Shown piece after piece: positions 55,683-64,000 of a stretch of DNA of 64,000 bases. Below the pieces are notes generated by a model that saw nothing but the letters and a program-made list of their open reading frames with translations, searched no databases and was not told the DNA's origin. Within the stretch, counting starts at the first letter, position 1, and each line of letters begins with the position of its first letter. The translations under genes were made by a program, and so were the position numbers. The stretch comes from an uncultured Eubacteriales bacterium (GTDB lineage: Bacteria > Acidobacteriota > Aminicenantia > Aminicenantales > Saccharicenantaceae): the NCBI GenBank assembly GCA_964525875.1, contig CAZGJS010000008.1, positions 9,556 through 73,555 of the forward strand. The letters are read 5' to 3'.

Positions 55683-56968
55683 TCACCTGGCTCGTCCCCC
55701 GGCAAGACCTTACGCCCGACCAGGCGCGTGTCGTCGAGCTCCTGCCCACCATCAACCGGGTCGTCCTCGGCATGGCCGGCTCGGGCAAGACCCAGGTGCT
55801 CATCCACCGGGCCGCCCATCTCGCCGAAACCTACCGCATCCCGCCCGAGCGCTACCGGGTCTTCGTCTTCACCAACGTCATCAAGGAATACATCCGCTCG
55901 GGCCTCGAGTTCCTCAAGCTCCCAGACGGTGTGGTGAGCACCTTCGACTTCTGGTGTGTGGACCTTTACGAGAAGCACTGCGGCGCGCGCCTGCCCCGCA
56001 AGCCCAACGGCCGAGACATCGACTTCCCGGCGATCCGCCGCAGGGTCCTGGGCCTTGTCCGCGGCAATCGCGACCTCCAGAACTCGCTCGAGTTCGTCCT
56101 CGTTGACGAAGGCCAAGACCTCAGCCCCGAGGCCTACGAGATCATCTACGAGGCCGCCCGACACGTCACGGTCTTCGCCGACCCCCAGCAGAAGATCTTC
56201 GACGACGGGGCCGAGGCCGGGTTCATTTTCGACCGGCTCCACGTCACGACGCCGCAGATCTCGATCCTGGGCGCCTTCCGGAACGCCATCTATGTTGCCG
56301 AGTTAGCAGCCCATTTCATAGAGGATGGCCAGAAGCGGGCCCAGTTTCTTGCTCAGGTCAGCGCCGCCCAGCGGGTCAAGGAGCGGCCGCTCTGCTACGT
56401 CGCGGATTCCTTCGACCGGGAGATGGACCGTCTGGCCGAAGTCATCCGGGCCCGCCAGGTCCTGAACGAGCGGATCGGCATCATCGTCCCGACCAACCGG
56501 CTTGTCCACGGTTTAGCTGATGGTCTGGCCGAGCGAGGCGTCACGGTCGAGAAGGCCGCGACAAAGGAGAGAGCCGGCAAGATCGAGGTCACCTGCGCTT
56601 TCAACAACCTCGTCCCCAAGATCGCCACTTTCTTTATGGCCAAGGGCCTGACCTTCGACAGCGTCCTTCTGCCGCGTCTCACAGCTAAGGCCTACGACTG
56701 GACCCGCCGCGAGCAGTTGAAGCGGATGATGTTCGTGGGTATCGCCAGGGCCACGCAGTGGGTCTACCTGAGCACGGTCAAGGGGATCGAGTTTGGGGAG
56801 ATGCCTGTGCTGGGAGAGGCTGCCGTTCAGGGGCATTTGACGATGCAGGGAGCAGGGGAGTGGCGAGCCGGGGCAGAGAGAGGGGGAGAAGAGGAGCAGG
56901 AGAAAAGAGATGGCTCGCGAGACTCGGGCAAACAGGAGTTGGAGGAAGATGAGTTTTCAGTGCTGTAG
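55679..56968 (+). CDS. compact SF1 (UvrD/Rep-like) helicase/ATPase, translationally coupled to the Hsp70-like gene
   Basis: Walker A GMAGSGKT, Walker B/motif II LVDEGQDL, and a motif VI-like FVGIARATQWVYL. Its ATG overlaps the upstream stop (ATGA). Confidence 0.75.
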   Translation: MITWLVPRQDLTPDQARVVELLPTINRVVLGMAGSGKTQVLIHRAAHLAETYRIPPERYRVFVFTNVIKEYIRSGLEFLKLPDGVVSTFDFWCVDLYEKHCGARLPRKPNGRDIDFPAIRRRVLGLVRGNRDLQNSLEFVLVDEGQDLSPEAYEIIYEAARHVTVFADPQQKIFDDGAEAGFIFDRLHVTTPQISILGAFRNAIYVAELAAHFIEDGQKRAQFLAQVSAAQRVKERPLCYVADSFDREMDRLAEVIRARQVLNERIGIIVPTNRLVHGLADGLAERGVTVEKAATKERAGKIEVTCAFNNLVPKIATFFMAKGLTFDSVLLPRLTAKAYDWTRREQLKRMMFVGIARATQWVYLSTVKGIEFGEMPVLGEAAVQGHLTMQGAGEWRAGAERGGEEEQEKRDGSRDSGKQELEEDEFSVL

Positions 56969-56992
56969 GGATTAAACAGTAGGAGCGAAAAT

Positions 56993-57598
56993 ATGCTTAC
57001 CTCGAGAGAGCGGATTATAGAAACTCTTGAAACTAGACCAGGCGGACTTTGTGACGATTGCCTCTCTAGAATCGCGGACGTAAAACCGCGGCAACAGGTC
57101 AACATGATCTGTCGGGACCTCCATAAATCCGGAAAACTGAGTAGAGATAAGATGGATTGTCCTGAAGAAAAGAGTAAAAGAAAAAAGATAATCAATAAGC
57201 TCATCGGAGTTGAGGATACATATCCGCCAAAAAAGCCAGCAAAATCGTCCAAGGTTCAAGAAGAAGCAGCACAATATCAACTTGCCTCGCCGAACATGGC
57301 GGGTAAGCTGGATTATATAAGGCGGCAAATTATAACTATGTTGAATCAATTAGATCCGCAAAGACAACAGAGCTCGAGTGCTTCAACATATGAAGTATTC
57401 TCCGACAGGCTACGGAGGCTAGCCGATAAAGGAGTCATTCCCGCGAATATTATGATCATTATAAGAATGCTATGTGCCATGAGAAACGTGGTCGTATACC
57501 AAGAATGCCCACTTGCAGAACAAGATGAAAAGCTCATAGATAATGCATTCAATATAGTCCTAAGTTGGCGGAGCAAAAAAGGAGTATCCTGGCGGTAA
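56993..57598 (+). CDS. hypothetical protein in an AT-rich segment (possible DUF4145-like C-terminus)
   Basis: 201 aa. Lower GC than its surroundings. The C-terminal IIIRMLCAMRNVVVYQ resembles DUF4145-type helices. Weak assignment. Confidence 0.4.
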   Translation: MLTSRERIIETLETRPGGLCDDCLSRIADVKPRQQVNMICRDLHKSGKLSRDKMDCPEEKSKRKKIINKLIGVEDTYPPKKPAKSSKVQEEAAQYQLASPNMAGKLDYIRRQIITMLNQLDPQRQQSSSASTYEVFSDRLRRLADKGVIPANIMIIIRMLCAMRNVVVYQECPLAEQDEKLIDNAFNIVLSWRSKKGVSWR

Positions 57599-57645
57599 GC
57601 AATGAAGACGTAGTGTTCTGTGAACAAGCCAAGGATTAGAGCTAA

Positions 57646-57830
57646 ATGAAGCTCTGGGTCGGGTTAACGGACAACGATTGGTTTGATGTCGTTTCTCATG
57701 TTCCTGGCATCGATGAGGTCAATTTCTGGAAGCCGGGCGGAGGCTTTAAGGCCTTCGAGGCTCAGCAGCTTGGAGAACAGAACATTTTCGAACTTCATAG
57801 CACGCAAAATGAAGAACGCCAGAAGATAGA
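57646..57830 (+). pseudogene. 5' fragment of an HNH-type endonuclease-like gene (N-terminus MKLWVGLTDNDWFD...EVNFW), apparently truncated or frameshifted
   Basis: The conserved N-terminal motif of a restriction-associated HNH family is present, but the frame degenerates after about 60 codons. Confidence 0.3.
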
Positions 57831-58197
57831 GATTCCGAAAGAAACTGGCGGGTCTCGGCGAGCCGGCGAGCGATTTCTTTGGCCTCCTTGTATATACGCT
57901 CGAATTCGTTCAGTTACCTGCGATACCTGTCGCGCGCCTTGTGATATTCGCGGTGCTGGGGATGGGCGCCAAAGTAACTGATGAAGCAGGCGATCGCGAA
58001 GATCATGAGGTTGAATACAATGAAGATCCAACTCGCCATCGCCACGCTGATTCCGACCCTGTGCGGATCAAGGTTGGATCGGAGAGGAAGCCGACGGATG
58101 AAGGCTGTGGTCAGATAAGTTATGGCGGAATTGAAAAAGAATGGCGACGGTTTAACCATGCCCGGAGTGTCACTATGAGTTCGGGTTTTATCTGCAT

Positions 58198-59445
58198 TTG
58201 GCAGCCAGGAGAGCGATAATGGAGGCATTGCGTTCAACATTCACTTGGCTGGACTACTCTGAGCATGAGCGTCGGAGGATGTTGGACGTCATCCACGCAT
58301 TTGATGAGAAGGGTACGCGGGACGAGCTGGGAATCGGTACGATCAGAGACGGGTTGGCGGATCTGCTGTTCCCTGGAACCGGTACGGTGCAAACCCGGGC
58401 CAAATATTTCCTGCTCATCCCTTGGGTCTACGTCGATTTGGAGGCAAAGGGCATTCCTTCAATGGCAATCGCCGACAAGGCCAGGGGGCGGGAAATCGAA
58501 TTGATCGCAGCCTTGGAAAAAGGTGGTGAGAAGACAGGCGGCATCATCGGGATTGAGGCCAGAGCCAATCTACAGCGTTTGCCCAGCAACATATACTGGC
58601 AAGGGCTTGGCGTGTGGGGCATCCGCCGTTTTTCGGGTTCACAGGACCAGTATCACAGGGCTCTCGATGGCTGGTACGAGTCGAAGCGTGACCGTCAACC
58701 AACGGATAGAGGTGAGAACTACGACGATGGGTCTGTCCGCTTGAACTGGCACCCAACTATCCCTGAGCCTCCGGATGGCTGGCGATGGAATACAACATTT
58801 CGTCTTACCAAAGAGGAAGCGCGGTTTCTTCGTGACTGCATTCTGCATTGCACCACAGGCTCCCTTCTAGCTCACTTGGTTATACTCAATCAGCGGCTTG
58901 GCGATGCCGAGTTTTGTTGGGCCAGTGAGAGGCATCGCGACTTCCCGCCCACCAACAGGCAGCAGGTGGCGCACGCTCAAAACTTCTCTGAGTTAATGCA
59001 CGGCGCGGCCCTTATGTACAACCTGCTACTCGGCGAGAGATCCGGCAAATTGGACCTGGAAGCCGGCTACCGCGAAGACATCCTGGCTTGGTCGCAGATT
59101 GTCTTGAATAGCGGCAAAAGGCTGGCCAGCTGGGATACCGGTGCCTTCTGGGCGCTATTCCGGGAACACGGCGTTCGGGTGCCCCCGCGCACATTCAACT
59201 TCGTAAGCGAGTGGATACGCCGTGTGCTTGGCGCTCGTGATCCAGCCAAACTGGCAGATGATAAGCAGGTCCGGCAGCTAATCCGTAATCGGGAGATCGA
59301 ACTCAAGAAAGGACTGGCCCGGTTGGAGAGTGCTCGAGCGCTGGAGCTCTGGAATGGAGCCGCCGGCACCGGCCGGCTCGACTTCCGGTGGCAGGTGGCG
59401 CTGCAGATAGTGAACGACGTTCTCGAGGGCCTAGGCCATGCTTGA
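58198..59445 (+). CDS. hypothetical protein (415 aa), first gene of a three-gene putative defence module (start may be the RBS-supported ATG at 58219)
   Basis: No recognised domain. Its stop overlaps the start of the PLD-like gene. Confidence 0.6.
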   Translation: MAARRAIMEALRSTFTWLDYSEHERRRMLDVIHAFDEKGTRDELGIGTIRDGLADLLFPGTGTVQTRAKYFLLIPWVYVDLEAKGIPSMAIADKARGREIELIAALEKGGEKTGGIIGIEARANLQRLPSNIYWQGLGVWGIRRFSGSQDQYHRALDGWYESKRDRQPTDRGENYDDGSVRLNWHPTIPEPPDGWRWNTTFRLTKEEARFLRDCILHCTTGSLLAHLVILNQRLGDAEFCWASERHRDFPPTNRQQVAHAQNFSELMHGAALMYNLLLGERSGKLDLEAGYREDILAWSQIVLNSGKRLASWDTGAFWALFREHGVRVPPRTFNFVSEWIRRVLGARDPAKLADDKQVRQLIRNREIELKKGLARLESARALELWNGAAGTGRLDFRWQVALQIVNDVLEGLGHA

Positions 59446-61348
59446 ACCGCTAGGCCGCAGGCATCTCTTCGACGCGCTTCGCCCGCCTTCCGGCTATGAC
59501 GTGGATGTGGCCATAGGGACCACGTTCTCAATGGACCTGCTAGCCCTCCTTGCCGTTCCTTTGGCTTTCGCCCTTTTTGACTGGGAGGACGACGAAGGCA
59601 GGGTGAATCCCGATCCCATGGCGTTGCTCGAAGCAGCCCGCCGGTACGCAGGCCGCACACACATTTTCTGCCAGGCAGCCCAGATTCACCTCCCGCGCCA
59701 TCGTTCTAAGCTGCTGTATCATCTTGAGAACATCGTCCACGAAGTCTCACCCCCCAACGACCGTGGGGTATTTCATCCTAAGGTCTGGGTCCTGCGGTTT
59801 GTCCCCTCAGCAAGAGGCGATCCCATCCTCTATCGGGTCCTCTGTCTGAGTCGGAATCTGACCTTTGATCGATCCTGGGACACTTTGTTGGTAATCGAAG
59901 GCGAACTGACGAACCGAGAACGAGCGATTACGGCTAACCATCCACTTGGTGATTTCGTGCAGGCGCTGCCGAAGATGATGGTTCACTCGGTATCTAATGA
60001 ACTCCGGAAGACGGTGGGCCGGATCCATAAGGAATTGCGGCGCGTGCGGTTTACAGTGCCCGAAGGTTTTGACGAAGTCCGTTTTCACGCCCTGGGCTTG
60101 GCCGAAGAGAGCGAGTGGTGGTTCGACTCCAGCTGCGACCAGGTGCTGGCCATGGCGCCCTTTTTGGACTGGGGCTTCGTGAAGAGACTGACGGCCAGCT
60201 CCCCCGGAGCATGCATGCTGATATCACGCCTGGACCAGCTACAGGAAATGAAGCCGAGCCTCCTGGCCGAATGTCAAAAGGTCTATTATCTTGATCCCGG
60301 TGCGGAGGAATCAGTACCGGAGGAAGATGATGAGACCGAACCGCACGGGGCGGCGAATGCTGACGTAGGTGCGCCTAATGAAAACCTCTCTGGACTGCAC
60401 GCCAAGCTCTATATTGCGGATGCGGGCTGGAATGCGAGCGTATGGACCGGATCTGCGAACGGAACAACGGCAGCGTTTTCTAGAAATGTTGAGTTCCTGG
60501 TTGAGCTGACTGGGAAAAGGAGTGTATGCGGCGTTGATGCGTTCCTGAAAAGAGCCCAGGGGCAGACACGGTTTGCTGATATGCTCAGGGAGTTCACTCC
60601 TGGCGATGCACCGCCAGCAGCGGACGAAGATGCACGTAGGGCAGAACAGCTTGCCGATCAGATCCGATTCTCTCTCGCCCGGTTAGGTCTCGTAGCCAAT
60701 GTATCGTCCTCGTCGGATGCGTCTTTCCGCGTAGAGATTGGGTCGGTGACCAAGCCCACGAAATCCAGGCGGCGCGAAGGCGTCTCGGTGCGTTGCTGGC
60801 CGCTGACGCTCGATGAGCGTGAGGGGCTCGAAACCCAGAACTTGCTTGATGGCGGCAAGCTTCTCTTCGCGAAGCTCTCATTCGAGGCGCTCACAACCTT
60901 CTATGCTTTCCACGTCCGGACAATAGTCGGCAAACGCACACATGACGCCCGGTTTGTCCTGAACTTGCCTACGGAGGGAATGCCGGCAGATCGGATGGAG
61001 CGCATGCTGCGATCCATCCTGCAGAACAAGTCTCTGGTTCTACGAATGCTCTTGCTTCTTCTCGCTGATGCAAGCAGCGATCTGTTGGCACGCCTGTTTG
61101 AGTCATCATCCGCCTTCTCGTCGGAAGGTTCGTCGGGCACCTCTTCCGCCCTGGGTGAGCTTGCTTTGCTTGAACCCTTATTGAAGGCATTGGATCATAA
61201 TCCGAGGCGACTTGAGCGCATAGCGCGACTGATTGATGATCTCAAGAAAACAGGCGATGTCGAATTATTGCCACAAGGATTTCTGGATGTGTGGGATCCC
61301 ATTTGGCTAGTGGCCCAAGAACTGACCCATGAAGAAAGCCAGCGATAA
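59438..61348 (+). CDS. phospholipase D-family (two HKD motifs) nuclease-like protein
   Basis: HKD motif 1 is GVFHPKVWVLRF...LSRN. HKD motif 2 is the canonical LHAKLYIADAGWNASVWTGSANGT. Confidence 0.75.
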   Translation: MLEPLGRRHLFDALRPPSGYDVDVAIGTTFSMDLLALLAVPLAFALFDWEDDEGRVNPDPMALLEAARRYAGRTHIFCQAAQIHLPRHRSKLLYHLENIVHEVSPPNDRGVFHPKVWVLRFVPSARGDPILYRVLCLSRNLTFDRSWDTLLVIEGELTNRERAITANHPLGDFVQALPKMMVHSVSNELRKTVGRIHKELRRVRFTVPEGFDEVRFHALGLAEESEWWFDSSCDQVLAMAPFLDWGFVKRLTASSPGACMLISRLDQLQEMKPSLLAECQKVYYLDPGAEESVPEEDDETEPHGAANADVGAPNENLSGLHAKLYIADAGWNASVWTGSANGTTAAFSRNVEFLVELTGKRSVCGVDAFLKRAQGQTRFADMLREFTPGDAPPAADEDARRAEQLADQIRFSLARLGLVANVSSSSDASFRVEIGSVTKPTKSRRREGVSVRCWPLTLDEREGLETQNLLDGGKLLFAKLSFEALTTFYAFHVRTIVGKRTHDARFVLNLPTEGMPADRMERMLRSILQNKSLVLRMLLLLLADASSDLLARLFESSSAFSSEGSSGTSSALGELALLEPLLKALDHNPRRLERIARLIDDLKKTGDVELLPQGFLDVWDPIWLVAQELTHEESQR

Positions 61349-64000
61349 GCCGGATACCAATCGAGCACTGCGTGTACTCAAGGATTTCCAGCTGCGCACC
61401 GTGGAGTACGCATTTCGTAGACTCTACACCGATAAAGACTGCACGCACCGCTTTCTGGTGGCGGATGAAGTAGGGTTGGGCAAGACCCTTGTTGCTAGAG
61501 GGTTGATCGCAAAAATGGTAGATGCACTTTGGGACCGTGGGGGGCGGATTGACGTCATCTACATTTGCTCCAACGCCGACATTGCCCGCCAGAATATCGC
61601 ACGGCTTTACTTGACCGAGGATTATGATTTCACTCTACCGGACCGCCTGACCTTGCTGCCTCTTCACCTCCACGAGATGCCACAGGGCAGACGCATGAAC
61701 TTCGTTGCGCTGACGCCCGGCACATCCTTTGATCTTAGATCGCGCAGCGGAACGGCCAAGGAAAGGGCGCTGCTGCACCGGGCACTGCGGGACAAGTGGG
61801 AATTTCGTGGGCGTTCATCGTGCAACGTGTTCTCCGGCTATATGAATCCAGCCAATTTCTATCCTTGGTGTACATGGATGGACTCGCAGCGTATCGACGC
61901 GCAGGTTCTGGATGCGTTCACAAAACGTGTTGATGCGTTCGATGAATCGGAGCGAGAAGCGGGTCGGCCAACCCTTCAACAACAGTTTGAGGTTCTCTGC
62001 CAAATCTATTCGCGGAGCAATTCCAGGGGCACGCGGGATACCTCCGTTATGCGTGAGTACTTCGTAGGGGAGCTGCGACAGCTGATGGCACGGACTTGCT
62101 TAGAATGGCTGGAGCCGGACCTCATCATCATGGATGAGTTCCAGCGGTTCAAACACCTAATGGATCCGAAGAATCCTGCCGGAGAGTTGGCGAGGGATCT
62201 ATTCGACTACACGGACGATATCACGCACGCCTCTGCGCGGGTAGTCCTTCTGTCCGCGACGCCGTACAAGATGTACACTCTCCACCGGGAGGAGGAAGGG
62301 GAGAACCATTACAGTGATTTCCTTGACACACTGTCATTTTTGCTGAAAGACGCATCGAAAACGGCGCGGATTGAGGAACTACTCGATGCCTATGCAAAGG
62401 GATTACACCGGCTTGAATCCGAGGGAACTGGGCCGCTCCTTCAAATCAAGACTGATCTGGAAGTGATCTTACGGCGTGTTATGGTCCGCACCGAGCGGAT
62501 GGCTCGGTCGACCGACCGTAACGGCATGCTCAAGCAAATCACCCCGTCCCTCCCCTCACCAGAGGTCTCGGATATTAGACACTATCTGGCTCACGCACGC
62601 ATTAGCCGACAGCTGGACGGGGGCTCGGTTATGGACTATTGGAAGTCTGCTCCATACCTCTTGAGCTTCATGGAGGACTACCGATTAAAGAACCTGTTCA
62701 AGCAACGAACTGGAGCTGAAACTGACCCGATCGTTAGGAAAGCGCTGTTGGATGCCCCAGGCACTTTAATCTCGCATCGTGATCTGAAGCGTTACCGCAC
62801 AATTGATCCCCGTAATGCCCGATTGCGCGGCCTGCTCCACGACACCGTTGCCCTCGGGACGTGGAAGCTGCTTTGGATCCCCCCCGCTCTGCCGTACTAC
62901 GGGTTGTTCAATGAGTATAGTCAACCCGGTACAGCCACTTTCACCAAGCGCTTAATCTTTTCGTGCTGGCATGTCGTACCGAAGATGATCGCGGCGATGG
63001 TCAGCTACGAAGCTGAACGGCAATGTGCGCTCCTGCATGACAACAGCGCGAAGAACACCCCCGCCGAACGGAAAAAGAGAACGCCGTTGCTTCGTTTCAA
63101 CGTCTCCGACGGCAGGCTTACGGGGATGCCCGTCCTTGGCTTGATCTACCCGGCAGCGGTCCTGTCCGTAGCGACCGATCCCCTCGGGCTTTCCCGTGGC
63201 TGCACCGCTGGCGGATCTTCTGCGCCGGACTTCGGGGGGGTGTTCGCCGCGGCACGATCACGTGTGGCCGATTTGGTCGCCTCCATTACAGTGAAGCCGA
63301 TACCCAGCGGCCCCGTAGACGAGGATTGGTACTGGGCGGCGCCGTTAATCTTTGACCTGACGCGTCTGCCGGAGGAGACAAGGCTGTGGTTTGACCAGGA
63401 GACTTTAGCGGCTGACTGGGCCGGGGAGGAGCGCGACGATGACGGTGACCGGGAGAACCGATGGCATGACCACGTCGCGAAGGCCAGAAAATTCGTGCAG
63501 GACTTCAGCAGCGGCAAGCTCGCCCTGGGTCGGCCGCCGGATGATCTGATCGATGTCCTCACCTGGATAGGAATTGCCGGTCCCGCTACCTGCAGCTGGC
63601 GGAGTTTGGGGCGCTTGGGCTGTGCGGCTGATCCGGCCCTGGCGCGCAATCTAGCAGGCCAGATGGCACATGCATTCCTAAAACTCTTCAACCTGCCTGA
63701 GAGTATGTCGATGATCCGTGGCGGCCGAGGCGGCGACGGGGCCAGGGAGCCGTACTGGGTCCAGGTCCTATATTACTCGGCAGGCGGCTGTCTTCAAGCG
63801 GTGTTGGATGAGTATATTCACATCCTTCGCGAAAGCCTCGGGCGGGTTGACGCGGCCGCTGACAAGACGCTAAAGGACATCGCGGAGGCTGTTGAGAAGG
63901 CGCTAAAGCTGCGCACATCCCGGGTGGGCTATGACCACGTCTTCGTCAAACCGCGTCACCATCTGCGCGTGATGCCGCAGTCGGTGCGTGTCCGTTTCGC
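61329..64000 (+). CDS. SNF2-family (DExx-box) helicase, 3' partial; runs off the window end
   Basis: Motif I is FLVADEVGLGKT, motif II is LIIMDEFQRFK and motif III is LLSATPY. The frame is open to the window end. Not in the ORF track because it has no stop. Confidence 0.8.
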   Translation, partial: MKKASDKPDTNRALRVLKDFQLRTVEYAFRRLYTDKDCTHRFLVADEVGLGKTLVARGLIAKMVDALWDRGGRIDVIYICSNADIARQNIARLYLTEDYDFTLPDRLTLLPLHLHEMPQGRRMNFVALTPGTSFDLRSRSGTAKERALLHRALRDKWEFRGRSSCNVFSGYMNPANFYPWCTWMDSQRIDAQVLDAFTKRVDAFDESEREAGRPTLQQQFEVLCQIYSRSNSRGTRDTSVMREYFVGELRQLMARTCLEWLEPDLIIMDEFQRFKHLMDPKNPAGELARDLFDYTDDITHASARVVLLSATPYKMYTLHREEEGENHYSDFLDTLSFLLKDASKTARIEELLDAYAKGLHRLESEGTGPLLQIKTDLEVILRRVMVRTERMARSTDRNGMLKQITPSLPSPEVSDIRHYLAHARISRQLDGGSVMDYWKSAPYLLSFMEDYRLKNLFKQRTGAETDPIVRKALLDAPGTLISHRDLKRYRTIDPRNARLRGLLHDTVALGTWKLLWIPPALPYYGLFNEYSQPGTATFTKRLIFSCWHVVPKMIAAMVSYEAERQCALLHDNSAKNTPAERKKRTPLLRFNVSDGRLTGMPVLGLIYPAAVLSVATDPLGLSRGCTAGGSSAPDFGGVFAAARSRVADLVASITVKPIPSGPVDEDWYWAAPLIFDLTRLPEETRLWFDQETLAADWAGEERDDDGDRENRWHDHVAKARKFVQDFSSGKLALGRPPDDLIDVLTWIGIAGPATCSWRSLGRLGCAADPALARNLAGQMAHAFLKLFNLPESMSMIRGGRGGDGAREPYWVQVLYYSAGGCLQAVLDEYIHILRESLGRVDAAADKTLKDIAEAVEKALKLRTSRVGYDHVFVKPRHHLRVMPQSVRVRF

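Noticed and set aside
57914-58240. 108-aa minus-strand ORF in the AT-rich segment
   Set aside because: It could be a small membrane protein (MASWIFIVFNLMIFAIACFISYF...), but it overlaps the degenerated HNH fragment region and has no clear RBS. It was left uncalled.
1-64000. Search for selenoprotein genes (in-frame TGA plus SECIS) within the window
   Set aside because: No pair of adjacent same-frame ORFs separated by a single TGA, with a plausible downstream hairpin, could be confidently identified by eye. This needs a bSECIS search.

Overview
This is a high-GC bacterial chromosomal window, with gene content suggesting an Acidobacteria-like or similar soil lineage. It falls into three parts.

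1. Positions 1-11.4 kb hold a long block transcribed from the minus strand. It contains a complete selenocysteine-incorporation locus in the order selA, selD, selB, a NYN/YacP-like nuclease gene, and selC (a tRNA-Sec with anticodon UCA). Upstream on the same strand are a DsbD-N-like thiol protein, a sodium:solute symporter with a small membrane ORF that the ORF track missed, and a UspA gene. A partial Kelch-repeat lipoprotein built from near-identical ~219-bp tandem units sits at the window start.

2. Positions 12-43 kb are core and carbohydrate metabolism:
- a YtrA-like GntR/ABC operon;
- a nagB/PIG-L/ROK amino-sugar operon;
- kdgK-eda;
- MFS, nitroreductase and RelBE genes;
- a PerR-catalase pair;
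- two DUF3943 paralogs that share an upstream cis-element;
- GH3 and GH27 hydrolases;
- M14 and M3 peptidases.

3. Positions 43.5-64 kb look like an accessory/defence island:
- three Phd/VapB-VapC pairs and a HicAB pair;
- XRE-ImmA and Fic;
- an Hsp70-like ATPase fused to TPR repeats, translationally coupled to a compact SF1 (UvrD-like) helicase;
- an AT-rich patch with a DUF4145-like ORF and a truncated HNH-like fragment;
- a three-gene module of an unknown protein, a double-HKD PLD-family protein and a SNF2-family helicase that runs off the window end.

Two dispersed intergenic motif families recur across the window: a GGGGACA..GTACC-N3-GGTAC..TGTCCCC palindrome and an AAATTCGGAAAT-GGTATTGTGTCCCCGAATT motif. 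Many of the listed six-frame ORFs are antisense shadow ORFs typical of high-GC DNA and were not called.
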